This document shows positions 53,241-62,242 of a DNA stretch of 64,000 nucleotides, in pieces. This DNA is from a bacterium (GTDB taxonomy: Bacteria; Krumholzibacteriota; Krumholzibacteriia; G020349025), in NCBI GenBank assembly GCA_031362565.1, contig JANLSU010000014.1, forward strand, positions 60,578 to 124,577, read 5' to 3'. The stretch's first letter is position 1; every line of letters starts with the position of its first letter. The position numbers were made by a program, and so were the translations under genes. Under the pieces are notes generated by a model. It saw nothing but the letters and a program-made list of their open reading frames with translations, ran no database searches and had not been told where the DNA came from.

Positions 53241-55747
53241 GCGCCGAGCAACACTATCCGTTCACCGAGATCGAAGCCAAGTGGCAAGCGCGCTGGCGCG
53301 AGAGCCGTTCCATGGCCTGCGATATCACGGACGCGACCGACAAATTCTACTGCCTGATGATGTTTCCGTATCCGTCCGGCGATCTGCACGTCGGCCACGG
53401 CCGCAATTACATCATTGGCGACGTGCTGGCGCGCTACCTGCGCATGGAAGGCCGCAACGTCCTGGCGCCCATGGGCTGGGATGCGTTCGGGTTGCCGGCC
53501 GAGAACGCCGCCATCAAGAACAACGTCCATCCGGCCGATTGGACGACCCGCAACATCGCGCGCATGAAGCGTCAGTTCTCACGCTGGGGGATCGAGTACG
53601 ACTGGCAGCGCGAGGTGACCTCCTGCGAACCGGAATACTACCGGTGGACGCAATGGCTCTTCCTGCAACTCTTCGATGCCGGTTTGGCGGTGCGCAAGCA
53701 AGCCGACGTCAATTGGTGCCCGTCGTGCAAAACGGTTCTGGCCAACGAACAAGTCGTGAACGGCCGTTGCGAACGTTGCGATTCGGTCGTCGAAGATCGC
53801 AGTCTCATGCAGTGGTTCTTCCGCATCACCGAGTATGCCGACCGCCTGCTCGGCGATCTGGACCAACTCGATCACTGGCCCGAGCGCGTCAAGACGATGC
53901 AACGTAATTGGATCGGCCGGAGCGCCGGAGCGCGGATCGATTTCGAGCTCGTCTCGACCGGCGAAAAGGTGCCGGTCTTCACGACCCGGCCCGACACGCT
54001 CTGGGGCTGTACCTACATGGTGCTGGCGGTCGAGCATCCGCTCGTCGAAAGCATCATTGCGCGGTCGGCCAGCGGCGGCGCCGACTTGCGCGCCTTCGTG
54101 TCGCGCGTCAAGCGCCTGGGCCGCGAAGCGCGCGGCGACGCGGGGCTCGAGAAAGAGGGCATCGCGACCGGCGAGGAAGTCGTCAATCCGGTGAATGGGC
54201 GGCGCATTCCGCTCTGGCTCGCGAACTATGTCGTCATGGACTACGGCACGGGCGCGGTCATGGCGGTGCCGGCGCACGACCAGCGCGACTTCGAATTCGC
54301 CAAACGCTACAACCTGCCGATCGAAGAAGTGGTGGCTCCACCACCCGGCGTCCAAGGCACGCTGCCCGGCGCCGCGTGGCAGGATGCAGGCGTGCTGGTC
54401 CGCAGCGGCCCTTTCGATGGACAAAAGTCGGACGAGGCGTTGCCGAAGGTGATCGACTGGCTGCGCGAGCATGAGGCCGGCGATCACACCGTGTCGTTCC
54501 GCTTGCGCGACTGGCTCATTTCGCGTCAGCGCTATTGGGGCGCACCGATTCCGATCATCTACTGCCCTGACTGCGGCACGGTACCCGTGCCGGAGAAGGA
54601 CCTGCCGGTGCGTCTGCCGACGCTCGTCGACTTCCGCCCGGTGGGCGACGGCCGCTCACCGCTGGCTACCAGCGGTGAGTTCTTGCACACGAGCTGTCCC
54701 AAGTGCGCCGGACCCGCCGAGCGTGACACCGATACGATGGATACGTTCGTCGACTCGAGCTGGTACTTCCTGCGTTATGTGTCGCCGCACGATTCCGAGC
54801 GGCCGTTCGACCCGGCGGTCGCGAACCGTTGGCTGCCCGTCGACCAGTACATCGGCGGCGTCGAACACGCGATTCTGCATCTCATGTACGCGCGCTTCAT
54901 CACCAAGGTGCTGCACGACCGCGGTTGGATCGCCTTCAAGGAACCCTTCGCGCGGCTCTTCACGCAGGGGATGATCACGAAAGACGGCGCCAAGATGTCC
55001 AAGAACAAGGGCAACGTCGTGCCCCCGGACGTCTTGATCGAGCGCTTCGGCGCCGACACGGAACGCGTCTACACGCTCTTCATCGGGCCTCCCGAGAAGG
55101 ACGCCGAGTGGAACGACCGCGCCGTCGAAGGCGCCTACAAGTTCTTGAACCGCACCTGGCGGCTCGTGCATGAACACTTGGATGCGGTGCGCGCCTACGC
55201 GGCGAACCCGGCCGCCATCACGGGCGTCGAGATGGGATCCGTCGAACGCGGCTTGCGCCGCAAGACGCATTCCTGCGTCCAAAAGATGCGCCGGGATCTG
55301 GCCGAGCAGCTGCACTTCAACACCGCCATCAGTGCGCTCATGGAACTCGTGAACGACTGTGGGGAAGCGCTGCGGGCTGCAGAAGGCGCAATGAGCCCCG
55401 GCATGCGGCTCGCGATCGGCGAGGCCCTGCACCACTTGATCCTCATGCTGTCGCCCATGGCGCCGCACGTCTGCGAGGAACTCTGGGAAAAGGTCGGGCG
55501 ACCGGGCGGCATCTTGGCGGCGCGTTTTCCGCAGGCCGATCTGTCGGCGCTCACCGTCGACAGCGTGACGTTGGTCGTGCAGGTGAACGGCAAGATCCGC
55601 GGCCGGCTCGACATGCCGGCCGGGGCCGCGGAGGCCGAAGTCAAACGGCAGGCGCTCGCCCTGCCGGCCGTCGAGCAGCAGCTTGGCGGCACCGCACCGC
55701 GCAAGGTCTTCGTCGTTCCCGACAAACTGGTGAACATCGTCGCCTGA
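53237..55747 (+). CDS. leuS: Leucine--tRNA ligase
   Basis: MFPYPSGDLHVGH, GTGAVMAVPAHDQRD, GGVEHAILHL, KMSKNKGN. Confidence 0.97.
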   Translation: MSAEQHYPFTEIEAKWQARWRESRSMACDITDATDKFYCLMMFPYPSGDLHVGHGRNYIIGDVLARYLRMEGRNVLAPMGWDAFGLPAENAAIKNNVHPADWTTRNIARMKRQFSRWGIEYDWQREVTSCEPEYYRWTQWLFLQLFDAGLAVRKQADVNWCPSCKTVLANEQVVNGRCERCDSVVEDRSLMQWFFRITEYADRLLGDLDQLDHWPERVKTMQRNWIGRSAGARIDFELVSTGEKVPVFTTRPDTLWGCTYMVLAVEHPLVESIIARSASGGADLRAFVSRVKRLGREARGDAGLEKEGIATGEEVVNPVNGRRIPLWLANYVVMDYGTGAVMAVPAHDQRDFEFAKRYNLPIEEVVAPPPGVQGTLPGAAWQDAGVLVRSGPFDGQKSDEALPKVIDWLREHEAGDHTVSFRLRDWLISRQRYWGAPIPIIYCPDCGTVPVPEKDLPVRLPTLVDFRPVGDGRSPLATSGEFLHTSCPKCAGPAERDTDTMDTFVDSSWYFLRYVSPHDSERPFDPAVANRWLPVDQYIGGVEHAILHLMYARFITKVLHDRGWIAFKEPFARLFTQGMITKDGAKMSKNKGNVVPPDVLIERFGADTERVYTLFIGPPEKDAEWNDRAVEGAYKFLNRTWRLVHEHLDAVRAYAANPAAITGVEMGSVERGLRRKTHSCVQKMRRDLAEQLHFNTAISALMELVNDCGEALRAAEGAMSPGMRLAIGEALHHLILMLSPMAPHVCEELWEKVGRPGGILAARFPQADLSALTVDSVTLVVQVNGKIRGRLDMPAGAAEAEVKRQALALPAVEQQLGGTAPRKVFVVPDKLVNIVA

Positions 55748-55761
55748 AGCCCGAAACACAA

Positions 55762-55796
55762 ACGGCGCGTCCGGGGGTGGGATCCGGACGCGCCGT
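55762..55796. terminator. Hairpin between convergent leuS and degP-like gene
   Basis: 13-bp perfect stem ACGGCGCGTCCGG/CCGGACGCGCCGT. Confidence 0.65.
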
Positions 55797-55823
55797 CGAA
55801 CGTCGCTCGATTTCAGCCAAGTC

Positions 55824-57344
55824 TCAGGAATCGCGCGACAGTGTGACGTAGAAAGAACGGTCCTCTCGCCGCACGAGGAGCGCCACCGGTTCCTTGGATT
55901 TCGTGCGGCTGACTTCCGCCTTGAACTCCTGCACCGAGTGCACATGCTTGCGATTGACGCCACGAACGATGTCGCCAGCCCGCAATCCGGCCTCTTCGGC
56001 CGGGCTGCCGGATTCGACGGACGTGATCACGACGCCATCGGGGCGGTCCTTCGCATTCACGTTGACGTTGAGCTGGCGCAAGAGGGACGGCGTGATGTTG
56101 GCCAACTCGAAGCCGAAGCCTTGGTCACCATTGTCGTCGTTCGAGCGCTCACTCCGGCTCACGACCCGATCCTCCGGCTTCTCCTCGAGCTTGATGTCGA
56201 ACTTCTTGCGGTCGCCCTCGCGCAGCACATCGACCGCCACGCGATCGCCGGGCGTCAGCCGCGAAACGCGGTTGCGGAACTGGGCGACGCTGCCGGCCGG
56301 CTTGCCGTCCAATGACAGGATGACATCGCCCTCTTCGATGCCGGCGCGGCCTGCCGGGCTCTCGCCCACGACGTCGGCAACCACGACGCCACTGTGCTCG
56401 TCGATTTTGAGGCTGCTCGCAAGGTCCGATGTGACGTCCTGAATCGAGACGCCGAGCCACGAACGGGTGACCTTCCCGTGCGCCATGAGTTCGTCCATGA
56501 TGTCCTTCGCCATCGTGATCGGGATGGCGAAACCGACTCCTTGGTAGCCGCCCGAGCGGCTGGCAATCGCGGTATTCATGCCGATGACTTCGCCGCGCAA
56601 GTTGACGAGCGGCCCGCCACTGTTGCCCGGGTTGATGGCGGCGTCGGTCTGCAGGAAGTCTTCATAGTCCGCGAGGCCGACCGCGGCGCGCCCCTTGGCG
56701 CTGATGATCCCGGCCGTCACGCTGTGCTCGAGTTGTTCGCCGAAAGGACTGCCGATGGCCAGCACCCACTCGCCGACACGCAGCTTGCTGTCGTCGCCGA
56801 GCTTCACGGCCGTCAAGCCCTTGGCCTCGACGCGCACCACGGCGACGTCGGACTTGGGGTCGGTCCCGACGACCTTGCCCGGATATTCCTTGCCGTCCTG
56901 CATGCGCACGGTGATCTTGTCAGCGCCTTCGACGACGTGGTTGTTGGTGAGAATGATGCCGTCCGAACCGACGACGAAGCCAGAGCCCGAGCCGCGCATG
57001 CGCTGGTCGCCGCGCGGTTGTCCGAAGAAGCGGAAGGGGTCCTCGCCGCCCCCGCCGCCGAACGGCAGCACGAGTTGGCGCTGGGACGAATCGTCGCCGC
57101 TGACGCGCTTTTCGCTGCGCACGGTGACAACGGACGGGGTCAGTTGCTCGGCGACGTCGGCGAAACTGAGCAAATCGGGGCTCAAGCCGGCCGGCCGGCG
57201 ACTCTGAGATGCAATGTCCTCCGCGTGGGCGACGGAGTCGAGGCGGGCAAGCTGGGGCTCGAGGCGCGTGCCTCGGAGTCCGGAACCGAGCGTGACACCC
57301 ACGAGGGCGCTCGTCACGATCGTCAGGGCGATCTTCGCGCGCAT
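55824..57344 (-). CDS. DegP/HtrA serine endoprotease with two PDZ domains
   Basis: GSGF, TNNHV, QTDAAINPGNSGGPL; AAGGAGG SD. Confidence 0.95.
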   Translation of the reverse strand: MRAKIALTIVTSALVGVTLGSGLRGTRLEPQLARLDSVAHAEDIASQSRRPAGLSPDLLSFADVAEQLTPSVVTVRSEKRVSGDDSSQRQLVLPFGGGGGEDPFRFFGQPRGDQRMRGSGSGFVVGSDGIILTNNHVVEGADKITVRMQDGKEYPGKVVGTDPKSDVAVVRVEAKGLTAVKLGDDSKLRVGEWVLAIGSPFGEQLEHSVTAGIISAKGRAAVGLADYEDFLQTDAAINPGNSGGPLVNLRGEVIGMNTAIASRSGGYQGVGFAIPITMAKDIMDELMAHGKVTRSWLGVSIQDVTSDLASSLKIDEHSGVVVADVVGESPAGRAGIEEGDVILSLDGKPAGSVAQFRNRVSRLTPGDRVAVDVLREGDRKKFDIKLEEKPEDRVVSRSERSNDDNGDQGFGFELANITPSLLRQLNVNVNAKDRPDGVVITSVESGSPAEEAGLRAGDIVRGVNRKHVHSVQEFKAEVSRTKSKEPVALLVRREDRSFYVTLSRDS

Positions 57345-57576
57345 GGGGATCCTCCTTGGAGCGCGGGTGAGAAACATTCGCGCCGCAAATCGAGCGGGCG
57401 AGAAGCGGCCCGGCACAGCCGCGAGCGAGACAGTGAGCGCCGGTGATCGTCTCGAACGCGCCGTACCGGGCCGTTGATCGCTCCAACACGCCGGAGCGGC
57501 GCGAGTTCCCGGCGCGGCGAAGAGGGCAGCGACGCTGCAGAAATGGATCGCGTAATTTGTTTTTACACAACTTGTT

Positions 57577-59337
57577 ATGCGTATTGTTTCAGACATTACA
57601 TGCGATTGGCGCGAGTCGCCCCTGAAGTTGGGGCACCACGGTAATGGCGAATGCGAGGTTCGGTTGTCCGGTCGAATCGACCTGTACTGGAACACGTTTC
57701 GGCATTTGAAGCGTGAGCAGATCGTGCATCGAGCGTTGCGCGTGCTGCGGTTTCGCGGCGTCGGCCCGGTGCCGGAAGGGCTTGTCGAGGCCGACGGCTG
57801 GGAGCCGCGTGTGCCGCGCTGTCCACATGCCGTCCTGGGCCGGCCTCTGGACGGCGTGTTCGTCGCTTGGGGTGAGGAACGTCAGTTGCTCGGCGACGCG
57901 CCGTGGATCGACACCGCCATGAGCACCGCGTGGAATTATCCGGTGCAGTATCTCGATGCAGCGCCCGCGTTGGCGGCGATGGCTCGAGCGTCGGGCGATG
58001 AATCCGAAATCATCAAAGTGCGCGACTGGATGGATCACTGGATTGCCTCACACCAGCCCGGCCGTAACAGCAGCATCAGTTGGGATCCGTATCCGACCGC
58101 ATTGCGAATCGTGAACTTGCTCGACGCCGTCGCGATCCTGGGCCGTTCCGCGCCGGCAACCTGGCGCGAGGGGATTCTGCGCAGCGTTTGGCAACAAAGC
58201 GTGTGGCTGGCGCGGAACGTCGAGATGCACTTGCTCGGCACGCATCTCCTCAAAGACGCCAAAGCCCTCCTCATTGCCGGCAGCGTTTTCGAAGACGGCG
58301 TGGCGCGGCATTGGCGCGAGCTGGGCGAAACGATTCTCCGGCGCGAACTCCCGCGCCAAGTGCGCGCCGACGGCAGCCACGAAGAACCGACCCTGCCATA
58401 TCAAGGCATGGTGCTCGAAGACGTGCTCGATCTGATTAATTTCGCGCCGATCGGCAGCGGCGAGCTCGCCCCGATCCTGCGCACAACGGCCGAACGCTTG
58501 CTCGAATTCGCCCATCAAACGCAAACACCGGCCGGCACAGCGCCACTTCTGGGCGATACCGGCGAGGAACGCGTACCGCCCACGCGCACGCTGCTCGAGT
58601 ACGCAGCGCGGTTGGGATTCACGATTCCGGACGCCGGCGGGGGAGTGCGGCTTCTCGAACCGAGCGGCATCGCCGTTTACCGCGGTCGCCGCCAGTACGT
58701 CCTCGCCGACGTGGGTGGCGTCGGCACCGATCACGTGCCGGGCCACGGTCATTGTGACTCTCTGTCATTCGAGTGGTGGGTCGACGGTGTGCCGATCCTG
58801 GTCGACACCGGAACTCTGTCTTACGTCCAGGGTGCGGCGCGCACCGCGTGCCGCAGCACGCGGGCGCACAACACGATCGAGATCGATGGATACGAACAGC
58901 ACGAAATCTGGGCGGCGTTCCGGGTCGCGCGGCGCGCCACCGTGCGGGCGCGTCTGGACTCGAATGGCGTTGTCGAAGCCGACTTGATTCCGTGGCACGA
59001 CCGCCAGGTTCGTTTGACGCGCCGGTTCGTCTTCGACGAAACCACCACGCGCGTCGAGGACGGCATTGAAGGGCCTGGTTCGCACGGCGTCGTGAGCCGC
59101 ATGCACTTGCACCCGGAGTGCGAAATCGAGCCCGCCGGCCGCACGCTACGCATTCGGCACGGCCGCGCCAACGCCTCGATCCTGATGCCGGAACAGACCG
59201 AGATCCTGGTTCCACCAAGGTCCACGAGCGTCCATTGCGCCGAACCCGGAATCCCGCGCCCGAACATCGAACTGCAAGTCGCATACGACGGTGCGTTGCC
59301 ATGGACATCGATTTGGGAGCTGCGGGTTGGATCGTGA
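57577..59337 (+). CDS. Heparinase II/III-family protein (true start possibly TTG 57664)
   Basis: WDPYPTALRIVN, E.HLLGTHL, DG.H.E, GHGHCD.LSFE, DTG..Y, RST.AHNT. Confidence 0.82.
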   Translation: MRIVSDITCDWRESPLKLGHHGNGECEVRLSGRIDLYWNTFRHLKREQIVHRALRVLRFRGVGPVPEGLVEADGWEPRVPRCPHAVLGRPLDGVFVAWGEERQLLGDAPWIDTAMSTAWNYPVQYLDAAPALAAMARASGDESEIIKVRDWMDHWIASHQPGRNSSISWDPYPTALRIVNLLDAVAILGRSAPATWREGILRSVWQQSVWLARNVEMHLLGTHLLKDAKALLIAGSVFEDGVARHWRELGETILRRELPRQVRADGSHEEPTLPYQGMVLEDVLDLINFAPIGSGELAPILRTTAERLLEFAHQTQTPAGTAPLLGDTGEERVPPTRTLLEYAARLGFTIPDAGGGVRLLEPSGIAVYRGRRQYVLADVGGVGTDHVPGHGHCDSLSFEWWVDGVPILVDTGTLSYVQGAARTACRSTRAHNTIEIDGYEQHEIWAAFRVARRATVRARLDSNGVVEADLIPWHDRQVRLTRRFVFDETTTRVEDGIEGPGSHGVVSRMHLHPECEIEPAGRTLRIRHGRANASILMPEQTEILVPPRSTSVHCAEPGIPRPNIELQVAYDGALPWTSIWELRVGS

Positions 59338-59459
59338 GCTCAGCGCCGGGTCCCGCACCGGCGGAACGAGGCGGCAGGCGAAGGGAACTCGACCCGGAAC
59401 GATTCCGACGCCGCCGGCGCCAAGCCGGAGCGAAATTCCAAGCAACCGGCAGATTTATT

Positions 59460-59487
59460 AGTTTACATAATCCGTCTTATGCGCCAA
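59460..59487 (-). other. dif site (XerC/XerD recombination site), probable provirus att boundary
   Basis: Minus strand TTGGCGCATAA-GACGGA-TTATGTAAACT versus E. coli dif GGTGCGCATAA-TGTATA-TTATGTTAAAT (11-6-11). Confidence 0.88.
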
Positions 59488-59545
59488 ACCAAGAACCGAC
59501 GGGGCGTACTGTAGAAAATCACCCAGCGCGCGTCAACCGAAAAAG

Positions 59546-59576
59546 TCTAACAGGATTCGACCCTCATCCTGTTAGA
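59546..59576. repeat. Perfect 11-bp inverted repeat
   Basis: TCTAACAGGAT-N9-ATCCTGTTAGA. Confidence 0.8.
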
Positions 59577-59667
59577 TCGCGCCCCCTTGTCAGACGCGGC
59601 CCCCAGCCGTGCTAGGATCCGCCCTCACAGCGTTTTCTCTTGGTCTCCACTGCGAGGGAGTCTCTCC

Positions 59668-60072
59668 ATGCGAAAGCTCGTCGCTTCTGTGCTTATCCTG
59701 GCGATCGTCGCCAGTGCCTTCCAAGTCGGACGCGCCGCCGCCGGCAGCCACAAGGGCGCCATGCCGGTCGCGATCGTCTACCCAGGCCCCTTTGTACTCG
59801 ACGACTCAGGGCGATTGTTTCAAAAGAACAACGATGGGTTGGGGTGGACGCAGTTTGCCCAATGCCCGCCCGGCGTGCCAGCGACTATGACCCAGTGGCC
59901 CAGTGACGGGTCCGGATTCAAGTTCTTGGTCGCAATGCAGAATGGTGACGTGTTCATCGGCCCGCACGCGAATCCGACACTCGAGTGGGCGTTTCTAGGG
60001 AACGTATTCAACGATCCAGCGGTCGGAACCTCGAGCAGCACGATCGGCGACTTGAAGCACAGATATCGGTAG
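59668..60072 (+). CDS. Exported hypothetical protein (134 aa), probable provirus cargo
   Basis: GGGAG SD; signal peptide; C-terminus SSTIGDLKHRYR. Confidence 0.75.
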   Translation: MRKLVASVLILAIVASAFQVGRAAAGSHKGAMPVAIVYPGPFVLDDSGRLFQKNNDGLGWTQFAQCPPGVPATMTQWPSDGSGFKFLVAMQNGDVFIGPHANPTLEWAFLGNVFNDPAVGTSSSTIGDLKHRYR

Positions 60073-60073
60073 A

Positions 60074-60814
60074 TCACCAGGAGTGCACGCCGCCCAAACA
60101 GTCGATGAATCCTTGGACCTGGTAGAGCGTCGCGTCGGGCGAAGTGCCCTGAGTGAACTCAACGATGTGAATCGGAACGTCGCCTTCGTAGTGGTAGCCG
60201 ATGAACTTCTGGTAATCCCTGCCCGGCGCTCCGCCGACCGGCAGGTTAACCACCTTCGGCGCTAAAACCCACGTCGTCTGCACGCTGTTCACTCCGGAAA
60301 GATCGACCACGGCAGGACCGACGCCGGCGGTGTCAATCAGCAGGCCGCCGGTCATGGTCCGATACGAGGCGGTGTATTCCTGAGTCGTCATGCCAGCGAT
60401 CTCGCCGGATGCAAGGCCATCGCAGTAAAGCAGATGGTCCGTGGTCTGCACCGACGTCGCGCTTCGGGTGATGATCCGGTCACAGTGACCGACGCGCAGA
60501 ATGTCTACGTACACGTCGACCAGTTTCTTGCTGCCGATAATCATGTCGGACAGGAGAATCCCGAGCGGCGCCATGTAGGAAGCCGAATTCGTGACAACCT
60601 TCGGAATACAGCAACCCTGGCCCATCGGGATGGCGGGGTTGGAGTAGCTTGCAGGCTTCAGGTCGAGGCACACCAGCATTCCCTTGAGGTTGGTGCCGAG
60701 CGAAGCGCCGCCGCCTTCGTCAAGCGTCCATTCGTTGCTCGTCATGTACATACGGCTTACGAGCCGCTCGAATGGGCCTTGCCGGAAGCCGCTGGAAGGA
60801 CCTTCAATGTGCAT
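60074..60814 (-). CDS. Hypothetical beta-rich protein (246 aa), putative spike/receptor-binding protein
   Basis: TAATG coupling with upstream ORF; last gene of structural operon; function inferred from position. Confidence 0.6.
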   Translation of the reverse strand: MHIEGPSSGFRQGPFERLVSRMYMTSNEWTLDEGGGASLGTNLKGMLVCLDLKPASYSNPAIPMGQGCCIPKVVTNSASYMAPLGILLSDMIIGSKKLVDVYVDILRVGHCDRIITRSATSVQTTDHLLYCDGLASGEIAGMTTQEYTASYRTMTGGLLIDTAGVGPAVVDLSGVNSVQTTWVLAPKVVNLPVGGAPGRDYQKFIGYHYEGDVPIHIVEFTQGTSPDATLYQVQGFIDCLGGVHSW

Positions 60815-61239
60815 TAGCTCATCGCCTTGATTGCGACGACCGACAAGATCGCGATCGTGAGGATCGCCGGCCACACAGACGGACCGCCCTCGGCGACGTT
60901 CTTCGCGACCTCGATTACCTTGGCCGTCGACTGCTCGACAGGCCCCGGCACCTGCGTTCGAGGCGAGAGCGCGATCGCGCTCGGGAGGTTCAAGCCGCTG
61001 AACTGACCAGAGAAAGCGACGCGGCCGCGCTTTTTGCCGTTCTGGAGATCGGTCCAGATGCCGTCGATGTCGGGCGTGCGATACTTCGGATTCGGGGTCT
61101 CGCCGGCGCCGTCGAACACGCGGCCATTCGGCAGATTGGCGAGCACGGTGCGGCTCGTCACGACCTGGGTGCGCCGGTCGAGCTCGTCCTTCATCTGATC
61201 GCCCATCACCATCGCCAGGCGTAGACTTGCCGTGCTCAT
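60814..61239 (-). CDS. Hypothetical protein with C-terminal TM anchor (141 aa)
   Basis: WPAILTIAILSVVAIK; ATGA coupling. Confidence 0.7.
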   Translation of the reverse strand: MSTASLRLAMVMGDQMKDELDRRTQVVTSRTVLANLPNGRVFDGAGETPNPKYRTPDIDGIWTDLQNGKKRGRVAFSGQFSGLNLPSAIALSPRTQVPGPVEQSTAKVIEVAKNVAEGGPSVWPAILTIAILSVVAIKAMS

Positions 61240-61391
61240 TGTTTCGCTGCCTCCCGCGACTTCCGGAAGTGATAACCGCCCAAGCCCGCCGTCGCGCCGA
61301 TGTAGATTCCAAGTGCAATACCATCGATGCCGCAGTGCAGCGCGTACGCTTCGATCCCCGTAAGAGCCACAATCGCGAGAACGGTCTTCAT
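61236..61391 (-). CDS. Small membrane protein (51 aa), possibly holin-like
   Basis: MKTVLAIVALTGIEAYALHCGIDGIALGIYIGATAGLGGYHFRK...; ATGA overlaps on both sides. Confidence 0.68.
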   Translation of the reverse strand: MKTVLAIVALTGIEAYALHCGIDGIALGIYIGATAGLGGYHFRKSREAAKQ

Positions 61392-61534
61392 TCGCCCCTC
61401 GCGATCAGAGCCAATGCACCGATGGTGTTCAGGACCGCGAACGTCAGAGCCACGCCACGCAGCACGCCGTGCGTCTTCCACGCGATCACGCCGGCGACGC
61501 CGGCGATTGCCAGGCTGCGGGTTGAAATCTTCAT
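61388..61534 (-). CDS. Small membrane protein (48 aa; not in ORF track)
   Basis: MKISTRSLAIAGVAGVIAWKTHGVLRGVALTFAVLNTIGALALIARGE; ATGA overlaps on both sides. Confidence 0.68.
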   Translation of the reverse strand: MKISTRSLAIAGVAGVIAWKTHGVLRGVALTFAVLNTIGALALIARGE

Positions 61535-61881
61535 GCGTGAACCGCCTTCGCGAGCATTCCAGTGAGAACGGCAGTCGAGCTGCCGACCAGGATGACGGCC
61601 TTCCAGCCGCCGTAGACGTGGTAGTGGCGCGCGGTGCCCTTCTCATGCAGCTCGACCGTATAGCCGAGAGCCGTCAGCACGTCGCGCTTTGCCTGCGATG
61701 TCTCGATGCCCATATCGACAGCGCCGCCGACCAAGTGCAGCGACGTCGGCGACGCGGACGTGGTCGCCTTGTTCTGGGCGGGAGTCCGCTTCCAGTCGGT
61801 CACGCGAATGTGCAGCAGGTCAGCCAGCGCGCGCAGCATGTGCCCGCCGATGACGTATTGCGTGCGGTCGCCTTCGATCAT
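61531..61881 (-). CDS. Peptidase M15-like zinc peptidoglycan hydrolase with hydrophobic C-terminal tail
   Basis: R-T-x-x-Q-N, SLHLVGGAVD (SxHxxGxAxD) and HYH. Confidence 0.75.
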   Translation of the reverse strand: MIEGDRTQYVIGGHMLRALADLLHIRVTDWKRTPAQNKATTSASPTSLHLVGGAVDMGIETSQAKRDVLTALGYTVELHEKGTARHYHVYGGWKAVILVGSSTAVLTGMLAKAVHA

Positions 61882-61894
61882 GGCGGGTCTCGCC

Positions 61895-62242
61895 TCAGTG
61901 CTTCAGAACTGCGAACGCGCCCACCAGAATGGCGGCAGCGAATAGAATCGTGATCAGCGAAATCACGTCGGAGGCGTTCTCGACGGTTTTCTTGGCCGTG
62001 GCACCGCCGTTGTAGACGGCGCCGGCCAACGTCGGCGACGTGCTGAACGCGATGTCGATCGCTTTCTTTGGGTCGCTCCTGATGAACGCGACCGCGTCCT
62101 TCACTTCGTCCCAGTACGAATGCCCGACGCTCGTGCCGGTTGCCTGGTCGAGCGCTTTGCCGCCGCGCAGCGCGGCCGCGTGCGTCGAGGTTGCGCCGGG
62201 CAGATCCTTGATCGAGGTGACGAAGTCGAACTTGGTGCTCAC
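61895..62242 (-). CDS. Hypothetical protein with C-terminal TM anchor (115 aa)
   Basis: VISLITILFAAAILVGAFAVLK; GTGA coupling. Confidence 0.7.
   Translation of the reverse strand: MSTKFDFVTSIKDLPGATSTHAAALRGGKALDQATGTSVGHSYWDEVKDAVAFIRSDPKKAIDIAFSTSPTLAGAVYNGGATAKKTVENASDVISLITILFAAAILVGAFAVLKH

Noticed and set aside
57559..57584. Second dif-like string TTTTTACACAA-CTTG-TTATGCGTATT
   Set aside because: Spacer is only 4 nt and the inner XerD bases deviate; more likely AT-rich promoter or IHF-like sequence between divergent genes
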